NCBI GenBank assembly: GCA_965649765.1
Contig: OZ287751.1
Coordinates: forward strand, 12,090,001 to 12,154,000
DNA from: Bispira polyomma
Taxonomy: Eukaryota
Length of the DNA stretch: 64,000 nt
Reading direction: 5' to 3'
Made by a program: the position numbers and the translations under genes. The notes under the pieces are model-generated. The model ran no database searches and had not been told where the DNA came from. It saw only the letters and a list, made by a program, of their open reading frames with translations. Of this stretch, positions 54,473 through 64,000 are shown piece by piece (the first letter of the stretch is position 1; each line of letters opens with the position of its first letter).

Positions 54473-57400
54473 GGAGTTGGTTTCATAAGGATTGCCCCAG
54501 TCGAGTTGACCTTGTTTGCCCCGTGCCTGCCTAAATAGAGGACCCCCCCCCCACCCCCCCACCCCCCACCCCCACTCCATAGAAAGCTATAATGATTGGA
54601 AGGAATGCGTTTTGAAGTCTGTCCCGACCATCAAAAATTAATTAAAAGACACTGATATCTTCGCTTTTGGTCATCTAACGTTTCTGGAACTGGCTCACAA
54701 GTCTTTGTATTTTATCCTTATCCACCATGCACGAAGTCATTATGATTCCACTATGTGAATTGGACCAGTCTTCTCTGTCTAAATACCAGTGTCAGTATCT
54801 ATTTACAAAGTCAAACTACGCTAATATAATGGTTGAGAGAAAAGGACTCAAAGAAAGTCTTACACTGCTCTTGGGGACTCTCTTGAGAAATAAAGTATGG
54901 AGGGGGGTGGGGGGGGGGGGGGGTTATACTATAAGGTTATAAATATGTGGCTTGTTTGTTTCATGGTTTGTATGCAGACAAACCATTGAAAACACATAAG
55001 ACAACAAATCAAGTCAGAAATGGTTTCTAAGTATTTTTTTATTAAATAATAAAGTACATGATTTGTATTTCCAAATAAATATATAAGTATATACATATAC
55101 TATAACAATAAGACATAGTCGTTAGGGTTAAGCCTTCAGAATAACAGTAAAAAAGACAAAGACCTAAAAAACAGTAAGCGGGTATGACATTTGAGATGAC
55201 ATCACACAAACCCATACAACAAACCCATTTTATGAAAGTAGAAAGAAGATACATCAATCTATCTCTAATGCCCAACACACACAAACCTTTTTCAATATAT
55301 TCAAAAAAAAATTTAGTTTTTGTAATAGTCTTGATTTTCAAACAGATAGAAGATCATCAACATTAGAATGCACTGTGACACATTCATTGGTTTACTAGCT
55401 GTTTACAACAAATAGATCCATGTATAATTCACGAAAATATGTAAATTAATGAAAAATGTAACATAGTAGTTATTTGTGGTTCAAAAAAAGTTAACATAAT
55501 TAGAATTTATTCGTTTGTACAACATTCCACCTATATAAGAATTTGGCTATCTATTCAGCAAACTCTCAAATCTAAAAAAATGTTTTTTAAAAAGCTGTCT
55601 GGTGACAATTCTCCTGTGGGTAACTTAATGCTCTTTTATTCTTACAAGTAGCATACTACTTGATGACTTCTTGAAGAGACCCTATAAGATCAACTTAAGG
55701 ACCGTCATGGTACTTTATCCTACAATCTTGTCCCCCCCCCCCCCCCTCTCCCTTCCAAAAAATCTAGATTTCATGCTAACACTCACAGTTTCTGTGGTTT
55801 GAGTATGACCCAAAAAAAAACCTGATGTCACAGAATCCAGTTAGAGACAAGAACTCTTGGCTTTTAACTGAAGATGTTTGACTTGTATTTTTAAGAGGTA
55901 CATTATTAGATATATAAGGTTAAGATTCATGTGGGTGGTCATTGTAGGTATTCTATATAATACACATTACTCTATTTTGTGATTTATTTTATTTATTGAC
56001 ACAAAGTTTACATCCATGACATAGTAATGACTGGGGTATTTAAATAGTTGTACACAATATACTGAACTTTATTGACAAAGCTTGAAGACAATTACCAACA
56101 GGTACAGACAGATACATAGTGATTGAGATGAACAATTAATATGGCCGTCCTCTGTCATTGGGTCCTATTCCCAGTAACAGGCTCAATAATCTTCGGGATG
56201 GGGCTAAATGGTCATCATCAAGCATCTCTCTTCAGTTAAGGGGAAATGACAGTTACTAATTGGCTGTACTTCGACAATCAAGAAAAAGGATTCATTAACA
56301 CTTTGAATACCAGATAAAGGTAAATTAATGTACTGGGTATAAATTTAGACAGAATACAATAGTCACAGTTAATGTATGTTGAGTTCTCTACAAAACATGT
56401 ATTATTATAAATAATAAACAAAGGTACAGCCTTTCAAATACCATAGCCTTCCTTTCAAGTTAACAAAAAAAAACAGAAATAACAATATGTACAAATATTT
56501 ACACTCAATAAATATTTAACTATATACAAATACATACAAAATTTCATCTACTACATGAATAGAAAATGGCTGAAGGATTTTACAAATTGTTTTTTTTTTT
56601 ACACTGATTTCTATATACTGATTATTCATAAGGGGAAGACTTTGGCATTGAAATATTGAAAAAAAAAATTGTTGCAGTAAGATCAATGTAAATATTTTTT
56701 TTAATTTTCTTGCTAGACATGAAATCTGCATATTCTTTATATATATATTTTAAGTATAATATATCCACACATATATTCACATTATAATTCATCAGCTAAT
56801 AGTAATAAAGTATAAAAGTATGAAAAAACAAGCAAACTGTTAATAAGCTATCTTCTGAATGCATCTACTTAATACAACAGGGAATGCCAGCATCAAGCCA
56901 TATGTGGTAGCTGAAGTAACTATTCACAGTTAAGCTAACAAAAATAATTCCTTCAAAATTCTAGTTTCAGTAAAAAGAAATTACTAAAATACCTACATCT
57001 AAAGTCCTATTTCAAGGATAGAATAAAATTCTAGTCTGTTAGTTTCTAGGGTGCCTAGTTTGAGTTAGTAAGTCACTTACATATACATGTACATAACCAT
57101 ATATGGTGTCTGTATTAAAATTGTTAAGAATGGGGTTTATGGGGCTCTGTCTTTATACAACAAACAGAATCCTTGAACTATTGGAAAAAATAACCTGAAA
57201 ACAAGATGGGGAAAAGTTTCCAGGAAAGAGACATATATATGAGGACATTTAATAATGTACACAGTCAGACTGAATTAGTATTATAGTTTTTAACTAACTG
57301 GTGCTTTTTAAATTGTTAAAGTAACTGTAAGGAGTTAAGTATTATTAATGTTTTATTGTGTTTTTTTCTGCAGGTTTACACTCAACTTTCCCCTACTTTT

Positions 57401-58600
57401 ACCTCATATAACTTTTTTTTCAGAATATACTTTGTCAATTATTCAAGTGTCTATAATTACATAAGATCCAACAACAATAAATGATCAACCAGCAAATGAC
57501 TGCAGTATTTCTCAACCCAGTTATATAACGATGGTAGATATTATTTCAATATTACAAGTTTTTTTCAAGAGCTTCAGATTGATACTGTAAACTTACAAAT
57601 TGAACACTAACAATCTAATTATTTAAAAATGAAATTTCCACTCTTCAAACCATCAACTTATCTATATATATGAGGTAAACTCGGTCTCATCCCCTTACCG
57701 TAGACATATTACAAGGTTGCTAAGAATGGTAGTACACCCCACCCCCACTCCCCTATTTTAATAAAATTGTAACATATATTTTTTTGATATATGTAAATAT
57801 TATTAGTATGCTGAAACATTAACAGAATGTACACGTAATATTGGTTCATGATTTTCAGAGGCCAATTTAAATTTATTTGCATTGTAGTTGTCAAAGTTAA
57901 GGACTTTGCTAAATGGCTCTGGTGTGATATGATCCGACGAAAACTTTGGAAACAATAAGATAATGTTCATACATACACCATCAGATCAGAACCAAGAACA
58001 TACCTGGCATCCACGGTTGCAGTGTAAAAGATCAATCCGAAAAAGTCTGACCGTATCATACATTTTATTTAGATTGTGTATCGTCTGAGCCAGTTAGCAA
58101 GGCCATTTAAAGTGAACTAAAAGGGCATTAAATAAAACAAAGTTTATGACTGTAAAACTTAATTTACAATAAACAATGGTAATAAAATCATTTTAATTTA
58201 ATTATCAGACATTTGATCACAGTTAAAAAAACTGCTCAGTATTTTGTCTATGAAAGTGTCTGGTCTGCACCATAACTGTAATTTTTCGAGGCACACTCTG
58301 AACAATGGCTCTTCCTGTAAAGCTTGTTTCAGCCGAATTAAATTTGGCAGTTTTGAAAGAGCATCGTCTAAGGCGAGCCAAAGATTCTTAATTGGCTTGA
58401 AATTAAAATTAGGTAAATCCTTCTTTTTTTCAATTTCAGGGAGGGTGTATGTACCCTTTTTAGCAACACTGTATATACATGCAAATTTATATTGCAAGAA
58501 AAGTGCATTTTATTACATATATATATAGGATTATTCAGCAGTATTTGTCTGTCCACATAATATATACACACAGAGACAGGAATATAACTAAGAAGATCTA

Positions 58601-59068
58601 TTATTTACAGTAATACTTTTCTACCACGGTCTGGCAAGTTTTACATTTCACTTCACAACACCAGATAAATTTGCAGTGACAACGTTCCAGGTATCTCTCT
58701 ACTTTAGTGTTGTAGCCTCTACCGCAGCACAACTTATCGCACGAGTCAGCCCCGTGAGAATCCCGTTTGCACTCTCGTCCTTTAGTTCCGGCAATGCCTC
58801 GTTTTAGATTTCTCTTACAGTAGTTCGGGGATTTGTCCACGTAAACTAACTCATACTTGTCGTCCACTTTCCTACGCATGCGCCTGTTGCGGCGTTCCAA
58901 CTTCTTCTTGGATTTCTTGGATTCTAGTTCTATCGAACTGGCGTACTTTTGTTTCAAGCCCTTTCCAATAGCTCTAAAAGATGGCATAGTATTCCAGCAG
59001 GTCTTTACAGCGCATGATCCGGAAACACCATGGCAACGACATTTCAAGGTCATTCCTTGGGATACAGT
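58601..59068 (-). CDS. Wnt16: Wnt16, last coding exon (upstream exons lie beyond the window end)
   Basis: Translation TVSQGMTLKCRCHGVSGSCAVKTCW...KSPNYC...GTKGREC...LCCGRGYNT...ERCHCKFIWCCEVKC...YCK* is the Wnt C-terminal half, including the lipidated Ser motif CHGVSGSC. CRCHGVSGSCAVKTCW, the basic insert and CKFIWCC match vertebrate WNT16 as I recall it. Acceptor ttgtactttcAG on - at 59070-59069, phase 0; stop TAA at 58603-58601. Confidence 0.93.
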   Translation of the reverse strand, partial: TVSQGMTLKCRCHGVSGSCAVKTCWNTMPSFRAIGKGLKQKYASSIELESKKSKKKLERRNRRMRRKVDDKYELVYVDKSPNYCKRNLKRGIAGTKGRECKRDSHGADSCDKLCCGRGYNTKVERYLERCHCKFIWCCEVKCKTCQTVVEKYYCK

Positions 59069-62000
59069 CTGAAAGTACAAGAGGAAAAAAACATAAAATA
59101 AAATACATCTTGGTGTAAAAAAATTATAATACTTAAAATACAGTAGCAGTCCTCATTTAGAAATACTGTGAAAAAGGAAATTTTGGCTCCAACAAAATTT
59201 CACTTTTTCACTGTTAGTTACAATATCAATGCAAGTCAACTTGTCAATGGAATTAATTTTTACTAAACCGATTCATTCGCTGAAATAGCTAAAATGGATT
59301 ATTGACAATTTCTACATATAGAATACTAACACATATGAAACATATTGTGGAAATAATCTCAATGGTATTCAAATAACATGCTTATCAATAAAAAGAAAAC
59401 ATTCAATATGTGAAACTTTCACAAAATATAGCACAAGATTATTTTTCATCATGAATTTTTTTATAATGATTATAAATATTTTATTTCTAATTTTCATACA
59501 CATAAACATTAATCATCTCTTTTAATTTTTCACAAGGCAGTTTAGTATTTTATATATCGCCCTTAACAGAAAATAAACCTTGAAAATATAAATAGCTAGA
59601 AAAAGAGACATTTCATGTGAATTTAATGAAAACAAACGGCATGACAACTGACTGAAATGTACCAAACAGATAAATCCATAGGGTAGCAATGAAATGAGAT
59701 CTTTTCACCTCCCAACCTATTAATACAGTCAGTTAACTAACGAGGGTCTTTGACTTTAACATATATACAACCTGTGGAGATTTCAATGCAATTTCTTCCA
59801 CTGAAATGGCTTTGCAAAATAGAGCATTTGATACCACAAAAGTCTCTTTACTGCAGAGAGGGGCAAAGTTGTCTTGGAGAGACTTTTCTCTCATTTTTTT
59901 TTTTGTCAAGATCCTATTTTTTTACTTTATACATTGACATTTGAATGAAAGAAATTAAGAGCTAATCTGCATTTTTAGCGGGTTTAGTGTTTGAGCGTTT
60001 GCAGCTTTGTAAATTAGATCTTCACAATTCAAACAAATACTGGTGTAATCCTTTTAACAGGTGTAAGAGGTGGAATATATAGCTTGTATATCAGAGAGAT
60101 AACTTGTAAGTTGTTTAGATTTCTTTTTCTATCTGGTTATTGAGGCTAGTTCTCATCACAAGCTTGTGGTGACAGGGTATATAAAAATAGACCATGGGTT
60201 TAAAAAGTCACTTAAATGTATTCTATGTAGTATGATACTCATATATATAAATTATATATATATTACAACATTGTGATAAAAACAACAACCATTTGAGATA
60301 CCTGTGTGAATCAACACTGACTACTTACTACTTTACTGCCATTATTATTACTTAACACACACATGTACACTGAGGAATTCATGTTCTGATACAATTTTCT
60401 ATGACACACTGTTATTTCTTTAACTGGCTTGTCCATGTCAGTGTTTGAAAGTATCGGTTTGTTTTGTTGCTCACTAAATGGCCACCACGTAATATGAGAG
60501 AGACACCCAGTGAAATGGTGTAATCGAGAGGAAACAAATAATTAGTGCATTTCATGCCCAACTGGTCTTCTCTAAAGTAGAAACATTTGACAGTCCTTTA
60601 TAGTATGGTTCCCACATGCACACATAAAAACCTCTATCCAGACATTTTGGCTGCTTCTCGCAGTCAAAGGCTTTGTTGGTGTCTAGAAGGAGTTACAGGC
60701 TCAGTTCCCACAAGTGGAGCCTCTTTAATATGTGTTCTCCCAACTGGTCATATGGGCCACTTTATAGCTAAAAACACTTAAGAGGGGTATTAGTCTTTGA
60801 ACAGATCTTAATCCACATAGTTAATAGTACATGTACTCCTTTTCATTTGTTAATTGTATATCAAATGATATAGATTTTATCTGGGAATAAAACAGACTGA
60901 TCTATTAAGTTCTGGTAAAGACTCTTTGTGTTTCATTTTTTAAAAATAGTTAGGGTTATATTTATATCTACCATAAAAATAACCCATTAAAGTTTTAGAT
61001 TAATTTGTGTTTAATAAAACCTATTTTACCTAGTTTAACTCACACATCTTTCTTAATCAGTTAATATCATAAACAATATTTTAGTTTTTGACCCAAAATT
61101 AATAAGATACAACATAAAAAGCGGTGACGTGTTGGGTACAAAATTGATTGTAATGAATTCTAAACATTCTAGTCTTTATTGACATGTGTTGTTTGCATCT
61201 GTTTAAGTTGTTGGAAAACTAGCCAGTAAGGTACAGCAACAAGCATCAAGGTATTATTGTATATGGTAAGAATAGGTATATGATACAGTTACATCAGTGT
61301 ATGAGAAGTGAGTGTGTTACAAGTGGGAGCAGTCAAAGACTGAAGTGCCACAAGATTATTTTGACAAATGACAAACTGTATTTATGTTTAATTATGACAT
61401 ACAGATATTATCCCCAAAGTGAAAACAACACTTAAAGGCTATTAATTAAATAGACCCCGGGTTGTTCAGACCAAACGACTGGAGCAGTTCTGAATGAACA
61501 TATATGCATTGGTGGAGATTTCAATGCTACTTCTGATCAAATGGTCTTTCTGCTAAATTTAGTATCAGGAGCGTAAAGTATTCTTCAGCGGAGTAATATA
61601 TAGGGACGAAATAAGTGCAAAACATGGCAGTTAATATACCAAACACAGGACTTATTTTAAGAGCATCCCAAAAGTGATTTTTATCAAGATAAGTGAAACA
61701 ATCAAAGAGTTTCTGTCTTCTGGAGAAACCACTGAACAGTAATTTATCTTAGTTTTTAATATGATATTAATTATGAAATCGGGGTTACAAAAAAATTTCA
61801 TGCTAGGAATTTGTAACTCTGGAAATGTATATAACAAGTTTAAAGGTATTTCATTCACTATTCATAAACATACACATTTATCTTTAATTGTGCTGTGCAA
61901 TATCTTATGCAGAGGCTTGTGCCCCATTGTAAGATATCCCTTACTGGATTAATGTTATTATTAATCCACTCCTTAGAATTAAATCAGTTGCCTTGGGGTA

Positions 62001-64000
62001 TTACTAATGCAAAGTTGTAATAAAAACCTTTAGCAGAAAAAGTCAAAAAGCCACTCCAAACTGGAGAAAGTCTCGCAGGCATTTGACTCAGTAGTTTCTA
62101 TGAATGGAAAGAAACATTTAAACTATGTCATTCTCGTAACAGTGTTTGTAAGTATTGTCGGTGTAGGGGGGTAGTGTTGTAATAAATATTTACAGCAATT
62201 TTAACCGCAAATGGAATGTGATGAAATAATATTGAATAGAAATCTTCTGTGATAGGTTTGAAAGCAATTTACCCCTTGTGAAATGTGTCATGGAAAAAAT
62301 TCAGCTCTCTACAGTTAAAATGTCAAGGATTGTTATAATAAGGCAATAATTAAAGGGGTGGGATTTTTTTCATATTTAAAGCACCACAATTTGTATTTTA
62401 TTGTCTCCTTGTGGTTGTTTTACATTGTGACCAAAGAGTTAAGTGTACAAATCAAGCAAAAGAGAGAACTAATTTTCTTTATTTGTCAATGGAGATAAAA
62501 TTTACTTCAAACCAAATTTGTATCAGTGTGAGAAAACAATACCCATGTTAATACTGTATTAGTAGAAAATTGTCACAAGAAAATAATTTTAGCTAAAGTT
62601 TTGAGATGGTGAAAATTAATTCCAAGTAACAATCAGAAGTTATACTGATATTTTGACTATAAATTAGCCAACAATATTAGAAACTAATTCCAGTAAATGT
62701 TTAAAGAATTGCAAATTAGTAAAATTTCCTTCCAGCTAAAATTGCCACTTATACAGTTTAAAAACTACACCACCGTCTGACAATAAATCCCCATTCTAAC
62801 CTTCCACTCCTCGTAAATTAAAACCTGATTCAGGTGTTTTTGCTCCAAACCACACAAAACTAATATCCATATATCAATCAAATTTTAATTTACTGCAATT
62901 TAAGTCACACATAAATCTAGTGCAAAGGCAAAGTCTGCTGGTCTTGTATATAAATACAATCTTTAACACCAAATAAATAAGGGAGACTTGCTGGAAGAGA
63001 TTAAGTTTCATTTTTAGATAGGTACATATCTAGTTGAAGGGTATAGTGATATAGAATCTTTTAACCTTATTTTTTTCTTATTTTAACCCTAAGCTCAAGC
63101 TTATTGTATACTCCTATTAGACTTTACACAGAAATGTATACTTAATTGACTTACTAGAACATAAAAAATACATGTAACTTAAATCTGAAATGAGTAGCAA
63201 TTATTCTATGTCAAATCAGTTGTGTGGGTAACAAGTTATTCATTATCACTATGATGTAACCTTTCTTTAAACTAGACTTCAGTTTGAGGTTAATTTTAAG
63301 TCAATTCTGTTAACATTTTAAAAGACTGATGAAGAAGAGTTTTGGGGGGAGAGAAGTGGTGGGAGGGCCACCCAGCCCTTCTTTGAAGTGTATCTAGGGG
63401 TCATCTGGTCTCATTCACATCTTGTCACATCTACTTCCCAGCTTTTCTTCTAATTGAATGTGATGAATTTTTCAGAATGACTTCTGACAAGGGAGGGGAC
63501 ATGCTTGTGAAATGATTTGATGACAGGGGGTGAGCGATAAAAGGGAGGCCTATGGCCGCCCAAACAATAGCTCTAACCTCTACATCTGCAACCCTATCTG
63601 TTTACCTATTTCCCATAGGTTACTGCCAGCATATAGAAAACACCTAATGGCTATTAGTGTGCCTGAGGCCTAGTGCTTTATTAAACCAAAATGATAGATT
63701 AGGTCTCTTAGTAAAGTCATTTTTTAGTTATAATGCATTTCAGTAAACAAACACTGTACAAAGACATTTCAGCTGATTGGAAATTATTTCACTAATTCAC
63801 AATTGTTAAAAATATTCACTGGTATATGATTTCATTATTGGCAAAGTTTTAATAAAAAGTATTAACACAAATTCAATTTTTTGGGGAATTAATAATCACT
63901 ACCTAAGCTCACTAAGTAAAATAGCTAAAATTGAATTCCTACTTATAATATCCACTTAAACAGAAATAAATATATTTCTGATCCATTTTTTTAAATTCCC

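Noticed and set aside
58601-59080. Wnt9 or a single-exon 159-aa protein
   Set aside because: Residues fit Wnt16 better; the ORF 'start' lies in the intron's polypyrimidine tract and the N-terminal half of Wnt is missing.
59071-64000. Upstream Wnt16 exon (WGGCSD...HNN)
   Set aside because: Not found by eye on the minus strand; the region is treated as intron.

Overview
AT-rich animal genomic DNA. The SINE, L2 and Helentron repertoire suggests a lophotrochozoan, possibly a mollusc; this is inference only. Two host genes point toward each other. (1) On +, a spliced Shisa-like single-pass membrane protein gene: exons 43231-43414 (six-Cys Shisa domain), 44054-44193 (TM plus Cys cluster), 44939-45019 (probable symmetric exon) and 45754-46196 (tail ending in a PDZ-type -QTVV). 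A candidate first coding exon at 5172-5196 lies across a ~38 kb intron. (2) On -, the last coding exon of Wnt16 (59068-58601). The rest is intron or intergenic DNA full of transposon remnants: six copies of a young tRNA-derived SINE (14-bp TSDs), older SINE families, PIF/Harbinger- and Tc1-like MITEs, Helentron-type HINEs (one carrying a ~143-bp tandem array), a solo LTR, and two decayed L2/CR1-type LINEs. One LINE has a degenerate 2A-like motif in front of its endonuclease. Nearly all short ORFs in the supplied track are spurious. No prokaryotic or CRISPR-type system is present.
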